A stretch of DNA of 64,000 nucleotides from Candidatus Moraniibacteriota bacterium (GTDB lineage: Bacteria; Patescibacteriota; Minisyncoccia; Moranbacterales; UBA2206). Shown piece by piece: positions 5,871 to 14,685 of the stretch (its first letter is position 1; each line of letters begins with the position of its first letter). The notes under the pieces were generated by a model, which searched no databases, had not been told where the DNA came from, and was given only the letters and a program-made list of their open reading frames with translations. The stretch spans positions 19,360 to 83,359 of the forward strand of contig JAPLXG010000012.1 of assembly GCA_026396175.1 (NCBI GenBank), given 5' to 3'. The translations under genes and the position numbers were made by a program.

Positions 5871-5879
5871 GCGTAAACG

Positions 5880-7661
5880 ATGAAAAAGCAATCAGAAAAA
5901 CAAGCCAAAATCGACTTGGGACGCTTTTGGAAGCGCCTTTGGATACTTCTTACGCCAAGTCAAAAGCAAATCAAAAAATTGCTTGTTTTGATTATGATGA
6001 TGGAAGTGGTGCATCTTGGTGGTCCCTATATGTTAAAAATAATCATTGACAAGATTACCAATTTTAACGTTGCCGAATTGGGAACTATCCTATTTTTGGT
6101 TGTGATGATGCTTTTGATCAATCAGCTTTTTTCGCTTCTTGATTATGTTGCTGATAGTAGGGTTTTTAATATCTTAGTATCCGTGGACGCATATTTAGCG
6201 AATAATGCACTATGCAAAATGGTTTTTTTAAGCTTGGGTTATCATGAAAAAGAAAATACGGGCAGTAAAATTATTAAAATAAATCGTGGAGTTGACAAGA
6301 TTGACACGCTTTTGGGAAATTTTTTCTGGGAAGTGGCGCCAACCATTTTTCAAATTATTTTTACTACCATTACCCTGTTTATCGTGAATTGGCGCTTTGG
6401 TATTATTATTCTCATCTTCGTGCCTGCTTTTGTTTTTCTCACACTGCGCGTCAATGCCTTGGTTTTTCCTTTTCGCAGAAAACGTTTTGATGAACAAGAG
6501 GTAGCTGCCAGTCTCATGACTCAAGCAATCGTCAATATTAATACAGTGAAATCTTTTGTGTCCGAGCTGAGAGAGTATGCTCGATTTTCTCGAGCGACGG
6601 AAAATGTGAAAAATAGTGTCATTAGGGAATATGGTAAAATTTTAAAGTTTAATATTGCGCGCAATCTTGTGATTGACTTGGGTCGTGGCCTCGTGTTAGT
6701 CTTTGGAATTTACTTGGTGCTTCATGGACAAATCACAATCGGTACGATTGTTTTTGTCTATACTATTTCTGAAAAAGCCCTGCTTTCTCTCTTTCGTATT
6801 TCTCGTCTTTATGACCGGATCATGGAATCCAGCGAAGCCGTGGAAAGATTATATCTTTTATCCAAAGAAGAATCGGAAATAAAAAATGCCATCAAGGGGC
6901 TTAAGCCAAAAAACATCGAGGGAAGGCTAGATTTTAAAAACGTGTCTTTCCACTATAAGGGTAGCAATATTTGTGCGCTGGATAAGGTTGATTTTTCAAT
7001 TAATTCCGGTTGCGTGACTGCCCTGGTCGGACCATCCGGCGGTGGAAAAACAACAGTGGTGCGGATGATTTATCGGCACTACGATCCGACTGATGGGCAA
7101 ATTTTGCTTGACGGAAAAGATTTGCGCGAATATGACCTCTATGCCTTTCGTAAATCTATGGCGATTGTTCCTCAGGAAGTGGAAATTTTTGATACGAGCG
7201 TCAAAGAAAATATTGCCTATGCCAAGCCAAGCGCTAGTATGGAAGAAATTATAGCGGCGGCACGCACCGCTAATGCGGAGGAGTTTATTTTGCAACTGAA
7301 AAATGGTTATGACACGACAGTTGGAGAGCGGGGAATCAAACTTTCCGGTGGCCAAAGACAGCGCGTAGGAATTGCCAGGGCAATCTTAGCTAATCCGCGA
7401 ATTTTGATTTTTGACGAAGCGACATCAAGCCTAGATTCATATTCGGAAAGGCTAATTCAAGACGCGATGGACAGGATTAGCCGGAATCGGACAGTGATTC
7501 TGATTGCTCATCGCTTGAGCACAATCAAAAAAGCAGATAAAATTATCGTGCTGGAAAAAGGAAAAGTCGTGGAAGAAGGCAATCACACAGAGCTTTCCCA
7601 TCTTTCTGGCGGGCTCTATCATAAGCTGATCAAATTACAGGAGGTGGGAGATGTGGAATAG
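5880..7661 (+). CDS. ABC transporter, fused permease/ATP-binding exporter (MsbA-like type I exporter)
   Basis: N-terminal 6-TM domain; Walker A GPSGGGKTT, ABC signature LSGGQRQRVGIARAIL, Walker B ILIFDEATS. Confidence 0.9.
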   Translation: MKKQSEKQAKIDLGRFWKRLWILLTPSQKQIKKLLVLIMMMEVVHLGGPYMLKIIIDKITNFNVAELGTILFLVVMMLLINQLFSLLDYVADSRVFNILVSVDAYLANNALCKMVFLSLGYHEKENTGSKIIKINRGVDKIDTLLGNFFWEVAPTIFQIIFTTITLFIVNWRFGIIILIFVPAFVFLTLRVNALVFPFRRKRFDEQEVAASLMTQAIVNINTVKSFVSELREYARFSRATENVKNSVIREYGKILKFNIARNLVIDLGRGLVLVFGIYLVLHGQITIGTIVFVYTISEKALLSLFRISRLYDRIMESSEAVERLYLLSKEESEIKNAIKGLKPKNIEGRLDFKNVSFHYKGSNICALDKVDFSINSGCVTALVGPSGGGKTTVVRMIYRHYDPTDGQILLDGKDLREYDLYAFRKSMAIVPQEVEIFDTSVKENIAYAKPSASMEEIIAAARTANAEEFILQLKNGYDTTVGERGIKLSGGQRQRVGIARAILANPRILIFDEATSSLDSYSERLIQDAMDRISRNRTVILIAHRLSTIKKADKIIVLEKGKVVEEGNHTELSHLSGGLYHKLIKLQEVGDVE

Positions 7662-7729
7662 GAAAAAAATAGATTAGCTAAGCCAAAACTTGCTTGACAA
7701 AAGCCTCAAATTAGAGTTAACTAAAGAAG

Positions 7730-8020
7730 ATGAAACGGATCATTTTAATGCTAATCAGGCTCTATCAAAAGACCCTTTCGCTTGATCAAGGGCCACTTTC
7801 TTATCTGATTTCCGAGCGGATCTGCCGCTTTCATCCGACTTGCAGCCAGTATACTTACGAAGCCATTGAGCGTTTTGGGATATTGCGTGGAGGATTTTTG
7901 GGTCTCAGGAGAATTGTGCGCTGTCATCCATGGAACACTGGCGGGTATGATCCAGTGCCGAAGTTATTCGCTTCGCGAATCCCGCCTTGGCGGGAACATG
8001 CGAATAAAATTACAAAATAA
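7730..8020 (+). CDS. yidD: Membrane protein insertion efficiency factor YidD
   Basis: [10 protein letters not shown]...[18 protein letters not shown]...[14 protein letters not shown] family signature. Confidence 0.85.
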   Translation: MKRIILMLIRLYQKTLSLDQGPLSYLISERICRFHPTCSQYTYEAIERFGILRGGFLGLRRIVRCHPWNTGGYDPVPKLFASRIPPWREHANKITK

Positions 8021-8049
8021 TAAATTAATTAAGTTAAGCTCAAAATATT

Positions 8050-9009
8050 TTGTTTACTGATGAAGTGAAAATTAAAGTTTTTGCGGGGCGCGGAGGAGAC
8101 GGCGTCGTGGCTTTTAATAAGATTAAGATGAGCCTTGGGCCGACGGGTGGAAAAGGGGGAAACGGTGGCAGCGTCTATTTTGAAGGTGTTTCTAATTTAT
8201 CCGCACTGAATAAATACAAGCACAAAAAAGAATACTACGCCGAAAATGGACAGAACGGAAAGAAAGATAATTCCGAGGGACACCGCGGGAAAGATTTAGT
8301 CCTCACTGTGCCGATTGGTAGTGTTCTCTACGATCTTCAAAATAAGAAAGAATTGGAAATCATCAACGTTGGCCAGCGCGTAATGGTCGCGAGCGGAGGA
8401 ATCGGCGGGCGAGGAAATTTTTGCTTTCGTGGACCGGAAAATACCTCCCCCAAAGAAAGAGAATTAGGAAAGCCGGGCGAGGAGCGGGATTTTTTTGTCG
8501 AGCTGCGTTTTATTGCCGACGTAGGACTCATTGGTCTTCCCAGCGCGGGAAAATCCTCTCTCCTTAATGAATTGACTGCTTCCAAGGCCAAGGTAGGTAA
8601 TTATGATTTCACCACGCTGGAGCCAAATTTGGGCGTTATGGAGGATGTAATTTTGGCTGATATTCCCGGTCTCATTGAAGGCGCTTCGGAGGGCAGGGGA
8701 CTGGGAATGAAATTTTTGCGCCATATCCAAAGAACAAAAGTTTTAGTGCATTGCATCAGTTTAGAGTCGGAGAATTTCGAAAAAGATTACAAAATTATCA
8801 GAGAAGAGTTGAAGAAATATTCCGAAGATCTGGTTAAAAAAAGAGGAATAGTTTTGTTCACCAAGACAGACTTAACTCCAGAAAAACTGATTGAGAAAAA
8901 AATAAAAAAGATGCAGAAAATCAATCCGGAAGTGCTTAGTGTTTCAATTCATGATCAGGATAAATTAGAGGATCTAAAAAAATATCTACTAAAAGTGCTA
9001 GAAAATTAA
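8050..9009 (+). CDS. obg: GTPase Obg (TTG start)
   Basis: Obg-fold Gly-rich N-terminus (FTDEVKIKVFAGRGGDGVVAFN...GGKGGNGG), G1 motif GLIGLPSAGKSSLL, DIPGLIEGA. Confidence 0.9.
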   Translation: MFTDEVKIKVFAGRGGDGVVAFNKIKMSLGPTGGKGGNGGSVYFEGVSNLSALNKYKHKKEYYAENGQNGKKDNSEGHRGKDLVLTVPIGSVLYDLQNKKELEIINVGQRVMVASGGIGGRGNFCFRGPENTSPKERELGKPGEERDFFVELRFIADVGLIGLPSAGKSSLLNELTASKAKVGNYDFTTLEPNLGVMEDVILADIPGLIEGASEGRGLGMKFLRHIQRTKVLVHCISLESENFEKDYKIIREELKKYSEDLVKKRGIVLFTKTDLTPEKLIEKKIKKMQKINPEVLSVSIHDQDKLEDLKKYLLKVLEN

Positions 9010-9029
9010 TCAATCCTAAGTGAGATAGT

Positions 9030-9731
9030 ATGTATTGGATTTTTACTATTTTGTTTGCTATTGCTGTCATGATTCCAGATATCATCAGGGGAGATGTTTA
9101 TTTTTTGGCGGAGGAGCGAGCGGAAGAAGTTGCTATTTTCATCTTGGGTTCAATTGCCTTTTTGACTTTTATCCAAAATGAAAGAAGGATGGCAATTCAA
9201 AAAAAAGAGAAAGAGAGAACTCAAAAAAAAATGGACCAAGCAGTGAAAGATTTAGTTGATTCCTATAGCTACATCGGTGAGGTAAATAGAAAAATGGACA
9301 TTCTCATGGAGGTAGCGCTCGGACTTGCCGACCACTCCATCCTAGACCGAAAGAAAGAAAAAGAAACCTATGATTCGATTATCAATGCCGCTAACTTTCT
9401 GCTTAAGGCGGAATCAACAACGATCCGCTTTATCAATCTGAAAACAAACAAAACAGAAAAGGAGATTTGGCTTTCGAAAGAAACTGGCTTGGTCATGTCC
9501 AATGAAGCGCTGACTGATATGGGCGAAAATATTAACATTAAAAAGCAGAACGACGCACTTATCGTTTCTTCTCCTCAAAGAATAAGAGACGTGAAGAGTT
9601 ATTTGGTTATCAAGGGCTATGATGAAAACGAAGAAGGAAAACCCAAAAATATGGAAATTTTGAAACTTTTTGCCTCGCAAGCAATATTTTTATACAGCTA
9701 TATGCTGAAAGAAGAGAGAGGAGTTTGTTAA
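9030..9731 (+). CDS. Hypothetical protein with N-terminal TM helix
   Basis: ORF only; no recognisable family. Confidence 0.45.
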   Translation: MYWIFTILFAIAVMIPDIIRGDVYFLAEERAEEVAIFILGSIAFLTFIQNERRMAIQKKEKERTQKKMDQAVKDLVDSYSYIGEVNRKMDILMEVALGLADHSILDRKKEKETYDSIINAANFLLKAESTTIRFINLKTNKTEKEIWLSKETGLVMSNEALTDMGENINIKKQNDALIVSSPQRIRDVKSYLVIKGYDENEEGKPKNMEILKLFASQAIFLYSYMLKEERGVC

Positions 9732-9751
9732 TAACTTAATTAAATCTAAAT

Positions 9752-10027
9752 ATGCAAAAAGAAAACATAAAGCCATTAGGGGAGAATGTTTTAGTAAAAT
9801 TAGTCAAAGTTAGTCCAAAAACCAAGTCGGGAATTTTTTTGCCGGAAACGGCCAGCGCAGATCGTCCGCAAGAAGGTAAGGTGCTGGCAATTGGCGCAAG
9901 CGAAAAGATTCAAGTCAAAAAAGGGCAAACTGTTATTTTTGCTAAATACAGCGGAACGGAAATAAAAATGGGCAGTGATGAATGCTTGATTCTGAAGGCA
10001 GAAGATATCCTAGCAGTCGTAGAGTAG
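9752..10027 (+). CDS. groS: Co-chaperonin GroES (no groEL downstream)
   Basis: IKPLGENVLVKLVKVSPKTKSGIFLPETA...GKVLAIG, canonical GroES. Confidence 0.9.
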   Translation: MQKENIKPLGENVLVKLVKVSPKTKSGIFLPETASADRPQEGKVLAIGASEKIQVKKGQTVIFAKYSGTEIKMGSDECLILKAEDILAVVE

Positions 10028-10047
10028 AAATATTTAAGATTATTATT

Positions 10048-10096
10048 TTATTCGTATGTTCCGTTTTCGTAGTACGGGTTCGCGAAGCGAATAACA
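10048..10096 (+). promoter_or_regulatory. Conserved two-helix motif, copy 3 (inner stem TCCGT/ACGGG), located 3' of groES and not followed by a start codon
   Basis: TTATTCGTATGT-TCCGT-TTTCGTAGT-ACGGG-TTCGCGAAGCGAATAACA. Confidence 0.5.
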
Positions 10097-10933
10097 TTAC
10101 TTGGTTATTTCATAACCCTTGGCTTTCCAACTGTCGAGGCCGTCAGAAAGCGCTAGCGTGTTAAAAAAACCTAAATCGAACAATCGTACCGCACCCTTGA
10201 ATGCGCCAAGGTTAGTATTGTCATAGAGAACAATCTTCCTTCCCAGGGGCAACTCCTTTTTTCTTGTTTCTAGGTCATCAAGGAAAATATTGATTGCTCC
10301 ATTCAAATGCCCAGCATTAAACTCGGCGCTTTGCCGAACATCAATGAGCAATAAATTTTTTTCTGCTTCCATTAGTTTCTTCAAGTTATCACTGGTGATA
10401 TATTTCACCTTAGCCTGGTCGGTAAAAGACTTTTGATTGCCACTGTTGATTGTGGGGTTGTAATTATTTTTCCAGACAGAAAAACCACCATCTAAATAGT
10501 AGAGATGCTTATATCCCTTGGAGGTTAGCGTGTTTGCGGCGGCAGTGATGATGCTGGCGTCTCCCGAATCATCAACTAGGACATATTCCTTGTCAGTTCC
10601 TAGTGCGTTAGAAATAGCCGACAGCTTAGAGAGGGTAATGTTGACCGAGTCGATAATATGTTCGTTTTTGTATTGATTTTCATCACGAATATCGAGCAAA
10701 AAAGGACGGGGGATGATTTGATTTTTTTTGACCAATTCTTCGGGCGTGATTTTTCCAATCTTTGCCGGATCAATCGTTTCTGCCGGGGCGACCCCGCTCT
10801 TATTTTCAGAAATATTTTTATTTTCGGAATTTGATTTGAGGACGGTAATGGTGGCAATCAGAATGATCAAAAACAGTCCGACAAAGACGGCTTTCATATT
10901 ATTCTCCTCTTTTTTTTCGTTTGGATCAAACAT
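10097..10933 (-). CDS. Secreted or membrane-anchored tandem rhodanese-homology-domain protein (both domains lack the catalytic Cys)
   Basis: Two rhodanese-like domains (VLVDDSGDAS; IVLYDNTNLG) with Asp/Asn where the active-site Cys is expected; N-terminal hydrophobic anchor. Confidence 0.65.
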   Translation of the reverse strand: MFDPNEKKEENNMKAVFVGLFLIILIATITVLKSNSENKNISENKSGVAPAETIDPAKIGKITPEELVKKNQIIPRPFLLDIRDENQYKNEHIIDSVNITLSKLSAISNALGTDKEYVLVDDSGDASIITAAANTLTSKGYKHLYYLDGGFSVWKNNYNPTINSGNQKSFTDQAKVKYITSDNLKKLMEAEKNLLLIDVRQSAEFNAGHLNGAINIFLDDLETRKKELPLGRKIVLYDNTNLGAFKGAVRLFDLGFFNTLALSDGLDSWKAKGYEITK

Positions 10934-10937
10934 GGGT

Positions 10938-11900
10938 TTATTTCAAAACACTTCCGATAAAGCTCGGGTTGCCGTTGATAAAGTCTGCAATCTTCAGATT
11001 ATTTTTTCCTTCCAGCTGGACCTCCTCCAAAAAAACAGTCCCAGCACCAGTTTGCACGGCAATTTTTTCACCGGATTGAAAAACCTCTCCCATAGAATAT
11101 TCTCCTTGCGAGGTCGTATTTCCGAGAGAAAGTTTATTGATTTTTAATCTAAGGTTTGATCCATTGCGTTGCCAATAGGTGAAGATTCCCGGCCAAGAAT
11201 AAAAGGCGCGATATTGATCATAAATTGAGCGCGCATCATCCAGCCAAATTACTTTTCCGTCACTTCTTTCAATCAACTGGCAAAGCGTGGCCGTCTCGTT
11301 AGATTGCTCTTGTGGAGTGATTTTTCTCTCCACCCAAAGCGTGATTGTCTCCAAGAGCAAGGGAACCGAAAGTCGCGCCAGCTTTTGCGAAAGCTCAACG
11401 TTGGTTTCGTCCGGTTCAATTTTAGTTTTTTTCTGACTAAGAATCGCGCCAGTATCAATGCCGGCGTCCATCAGCATAATAGTTACGCCAGTTTCTTTTT
11501 CGGAGTCCAGTAGGGCATTTTGAATCGGGGATGGTCCGCGGTAGCGGGGGAGAAGCGAGGCGTGGATGTTAATCGCACCGAAACCGGGCAGATCTAAAAC
11601 GGCCTTGGGCAGAATTTTTCCATAAGCTGCAACGATGAGCAGATCCGGTTTTTGATTTTTCAGTTCCGCGATTTCTGCTTCTCTAAATTTAGCAGGAGAA
11701 AAAACCGGAATCTTACTATTTTCAGCGGTGATTTTGACAGCCGTTTTTTGCAATGCTTGATCACGACCGACTTTTTTATCCGCCTGCGTATAGACGCTGA
11801 TCAAATTATATTTTTCAGCAATGAGCGCAGTGAGAATCGTGTCGGCAAAAGACGACGTACCCATAAAAACAACGCGCAGTTTGATGGATTTTTTTTGCAT
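10938..11900 (-). CDS. fmt: Methionyl-tRNA formyltransferase
   Basis: LRVVFMGTSSFA...NIHASLLPRYRGPSPIQ. Start placed at the internal Met (MQKKSIKLRVVFMG) rather than the upstream ORF-track start. Confidence 0.85.
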   Translation of the reverse strand: MQKKSIKLRVVFMGTSSFADTILTALIAEKYNLISVYTQADKKVGRDQALQKTAVKITAENSKIPVFSPAKFREAEIAELKNQKPDLLIVAAYGKILPKAVLDLPGFGAINIHASLLPRYRGPSPIQNALLDSEKETGVTIMLMDAGIDTGAILSQKKTKIEPDETNVELSQKLARLSVPLLLETITLWVERKITPQEQSNETATLCQLIERSDGKVIWLDDARSIYDQYRAFYSWPGIFTYWQRNGSNLRLKINKLSLGNTTSQGEYSMGEVFQSGEKIAVQTGAGTVFLEEVQLEGKNNLKIADFINGNPSFIGSVLK

Positions 11901-11929
11901 AGTTTTTATTTTTTTAGAGTTTATGTTAT

Positions 11930-12074
11930 GACTTACGCGTTCACCAAAAGCAATCTTCAAAGCGCGGGGTTCACTAGAGATGGGTACTGCTTATATCAGC
12001 CCCCAAGACTAAGAAATTTTTTCCAGACTAGTCTTGGCTATAGATAAGCTTGCTTTTGGCAAATGCGTAAGTCC
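11930..12074 (-). mobile_element. MITE-like element copy A (145 bp, roughly 30-bp terminal inverted repeats GACTTACGCGTT..CCAAAAGCAA) inserted between def and fmt
   Basis: Ends GACTTACGCGTTCACCAAAAGCAATCTT / AGCTTGCTTTTGGCAAATGCGTAAGTCC are inverted repeats. Near-identical ends occur at 46407-46551 and 56268-56413. Flanking TTATGTT on both sides may be a target-site duplication. Confidence 0.6.
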
Positions 12075-12082
12075 TTTATGTT

Positions 12083-12523
12083 TTAGGTTCTTTCAATGTA
12101 AAGAATTCCATCTAAATGATCGATTTCATGTTGCAATGCTCGCGCCAAAAGTCCTTCGGCTTCCAGTGTAATTTCTTTTCCAGATTTATTTTTTGCGACC
12201 ACTTTTACTTTTTTAGAGCGCTTGATCGGGATGAATTGCCCAGGAAAAGAAAGACAACCTTCTTCGGCAATTTCTTTCGCCCAGGATTTGGATTTGATTT
12301 TAGGATTAATCAAAATGTAGGTTTTTCTTTCAAATCTGATGACGCAAAGGCGGAGTGGTTTTCCCACCTGGGCGGCGGCGAGTCCCATACCGTTATTCTC
12401 TTTCATCGTCTCCAACATATCAAAAATCAACTCCCGAATCAAGGGCTCTTTGGGATTTTCAATCTCGCGCGCTTTTTGTTTCAAACGCGGATCAGGATAG
12501 AGTAAGATGGGTAGTAGTGACAT
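12083..12523 (-). CDS. def: Peptide deformylase
   Basis: GxGxAAxQ (GLAAAQVG), EGCLSFPG, HEIDHLDG motifs. Confidence 0.9.
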   Translation of the reverse strand: MSLLPILLYPDPRLKQKAREIENPKEPLIRELIFDMLETMKENNGMGLAAAQVGKPLRLCVIRFERKTYILINPKIKSKSWAKEIAEEGCLSFPGQFIPIKRSKKVKVVAKNKSGKEITLEAEGLLARALQHEIDHLDGILYIERT

Positions 12524-12532
12524 AATTTAGAG

Positions 12533-14581
12533 CTAAATAATTGAAATTGGATCAATATCGATGACCCAGCCGGTTGGCAAAGATTTGAGAATAATTAGAA
12601 TTTCCTTAGGCAGTTGCTTTTGAAATTTCAAAAGCATTTGTCGGCGATATCTTCCTCGAATTTTTGGCACAAAAGAGTCGGTCGGTACACTTATTTTTAA
12701 ATCAGCCTTTTCTTTAATTAAAAGATTATACACCCTGTCTGATTCCACTGCAACCCTTTTTTGATTATAATCCTCAAAGACCAGTTTAGCAATTTTTCCA
12801 AAAGGAGGATAGCCTAAAAGTTTTCGATCAGGTAATTCTTGCTCATAGAAAGCCGGGTAATTATTTTGAGCAATCAGTGTGAGAATTTTATTTTCCGGGT
12901 GATAGGTTTGGATAATGATTCGGCCAGGAAATTTCGCGCCAGGGCGAGATACGCGACCAGATAATTGGACTAGGTCCTGCCAGGCCTTTTCACTGACCCG
13001 AAAATCCGGGAGCGTGAGCATATTGTCAGCATCAATCACTCCAACTAGACTCATCTTTGGTAAATCCCAGCCCTTAGTGATCATTTGCGTGCCGATGAGG
13101 ATGTCAATTTCTCCGCGAGAAAATTTTTCATAGGCTGTTTTTTGGAAATCTTTTTCTTTGTTTGCGGTTGAATCTAGGCGCAAAATTCTCGCTCCTGGAA
13201 AAAAATCGCGCACCTCTTTTTCCACTTTTTGCGTTCCCAGACCAACATTGCGAAATTCAATCCCATGGCATTTTGAGCAATTGGGAATAGCGCTGGCAAC
13301 AAAAGCACAATGCGGACATTTATATTCTCTTGAATTAGTATAGATAAGAGCGCGGTCACAGAGTGGACATTTGAGCACAGTTTTGCAATTAGTACAGACG
13401 GAAAAATTACTCATTCCCTGGCGATTAATGAATAAAATAGATTGCAAGTTATTTTTCAGCGCGTAGGCAATTTCACTTTTTAGTTTTTTGCTGATGCAAG
13501 AATAATTTCTCGCCCAGCGTTCTTTTTTCATATCAACCAGCTCAATTGTGCTGCGTACTTTTTGGGTGGTGACATTTTTTGGATGATAGGAATCGCTCAG
13601 AGTCAATAATTTATATTGCTTATATTGAGTTTTAAAATAAGTTTCAATGCTCGGCGTAGCTGATCCGTGGATAAGTTTGCATTTATACAATTCGGACAAT
13701 TTTTCAGCGACAGTTCGGGCGTCATAGCGTGGGTTCATATCCCATTGCTTGAATGACATATCTTGTTCTTCATCAATCACGATCAAAGCTAATTTTTGAA
13801 ATGGCGCGAAAACAGACATCCTGGTACCAATAATAATTTTTGCTTCGCCTGATTTTATCTTTTGCCAATTTGTGAAATAGACACCCTTAGAAAGATTGCT
13901 GCTGAGAAGGGCAATTTCATTTTCAGGAAAATAGGCGCCATATCTTTCCAGCGCTTGCGGAGTCAAAGTTTTTTCCGGCACTAAAATCAAAAATTGACTT
14001 TGGGGATTTTGCTTTTTGAGTTCCAAGATGGAGTGAATGTAGACTTCTGTTTTGCCCGAACCCGCCGGACCATGGAGGAGGTATCTGGTATTTTGCCTGC
14101 CTGCCGGCGAGGCAGGTATTTGGTATCTGATATCTTGCTTTGCAATATTTTTCACTGTAGCTTCTTGTTCAGCTGTTAGAATTATTGTATTTATATTTTT
14201 TGTTTCATGTTTCATATTATATGTTACATGATCAGCGCTTCGCGATTTCGTTCTCTTAGGCACAAAATTCTTCAAAACTACCCCGAGCGAGATGACGTAA
14301 TAATCTGAAATATATTTTGCAAGGGCTAATTGCTCCTTTGTGAGAAAATTTGGCTCCAAAACTTTTTCAATTTTTTTGAGCGTAATTCCGCCAACGCGGG
14401 GAAAATCATTTTTACTTTCAATCACGATTCCTTCTACGGTTTTTCTGAAAAGGGGAATGCTGACTAGCGTTCCGACGGGCAATTTTTCATCAGCGAGATA
14501 ATAGAAAAACTGGTCACGAGAAAGAAGAATCCTGACAAGAGGAGTGATACTGAGGATGAATTGAGTCTGTTTTTTGTTCAT
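12533..14581 (-). CDS. priA: Primosomal protein N' (PriA helicase) carrying in-frame repeat-derived insertions
   Basis: Walker A GPAGSGKT, DEEQD box, Cys4 zinc-binding region (CTNCKTVLKCPLCD...CPHCAF...CSKCHG). The linker before Walker A contains DHVTYNMKHET and RYQIPASPAGRQNTRY encoded by dispersed repeats. Confidence 0.9.
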   Translation of the reverse strand: MNKKQTQFILSITPLVRILLSRDQFFYYLADEKLPVGTLVSIPLFRKTVEGIVIESKNDFPRVGGITLKKIEKVLEPNFLTKEQLALAKYISDYYVISLGVVLKNFVPKRTKSRSADHVTYNMKHETKNINTIILTAEQEATVKNIAKQDIRYQIPASPAGRQNTRYLLHGPAGSGKTEVYIHSILELKKQNPQSQFLILVPEKTLTPQALERYGAYFPENEIALLSSNLSKGVYFTNWQKIKSGEAKIIIGTRMSVFAPFQKLALIVIDEEQDMSFKQWDMNPRYDARTVAEKLSELYKCKLIHGSATPSIETYFKTQYKQYKLLTLSDSYHPKNVTTQKVRSTIELVDMKKERWARNYSCISKKLKSEIAYALKNNLQSILFINRQGMSNFSVCTNCKTVLKCPLCDRALIYTNSREYKCPHCAFVASAIPNCSKCHGIEFRNVGLGTQKVEKEVRDFFPGARILRLDSTANKEKDFQKTAYEKFSRGEIDILIGTQMITKGWDLPKMSLVGVIDADNMLTLPDFRVSEKAWQDLVQLSGRVSRPGAKFPGRIIIQTYHPENKILTLIAQNNYPAFYEQELPDRKLLGYPPFGKIAKLVFEDYNQKRVAVESDRVYNLLIKEKADLKISVPTDSFVPKIRGRYRRQMLLKFQKQLPKEILIILKSLPTGWVIDIDPISII
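14081..14134. repeat. 20-nt-palindrome family copy (CCTGCCTGCCGGCGAGGCAGG, 14096-14116) flanked by GTATCTGGTATTT/GTATTTGGTATCT repeats, lying in-frame inside priA
   Basis: The reverse strand translates as DIRYQIPASPAGRQNTRYL immediately N-terminal to the Walker A motif. Confidence 0.7.
14201..14233. repeat. CATGTT repeat tract (TGTTTCATGTTTCATATTATATGTTACATGATC) in-frame inside priA
   Basis: Encodes DHVTYNMKHET on the priA strand; a related tract lies at 3148-3176 next to the tRNA cluster. Confidence 0.55.
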
Positions 14582-14685
14582 AGCTTTTCTCTATTCTAGC
14601 AAGATAATGAGCGAAGATAAAGCACCGCTCTATGCCTTGATTTATCAACCAAAAAAGGCTAAACTATGAAGAGTAAGCTTGAATA

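Noticed and set aside
7662-7729. Putative sigma-70 promoter (TTGACA ... TTAACT) upstream of yidD
   Set aside because: The -35 is consensus but the best -10 candidates are weak (TTAACT) or mis-spaced (TAGAGT at 12 bp); not confident enough to list.
9752-10100. Assembly error or frameshift hiding groEL after groES
   Set aside because: No GroEL-like translation (for example the GGM-rich tail or ATP-binding DGTTT motifs) appears in any frame for several kb downstream. The downstream gene is a convergent rhodanese-like protein. groEL is simply not here.
11901-11960. Longer fmt start at 11960 (MKIAFGERVSHNINSKKIKT...)
   Set aside because: The upstream 20 codons are the terminal inverted repeat of the MITE-like element (GACTTACGCG...) read in-frame. 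The conserved Fmt N-terminus (MQKKSIKLRVVFMGT) begins at the internal Met, so the start was set at 11900.
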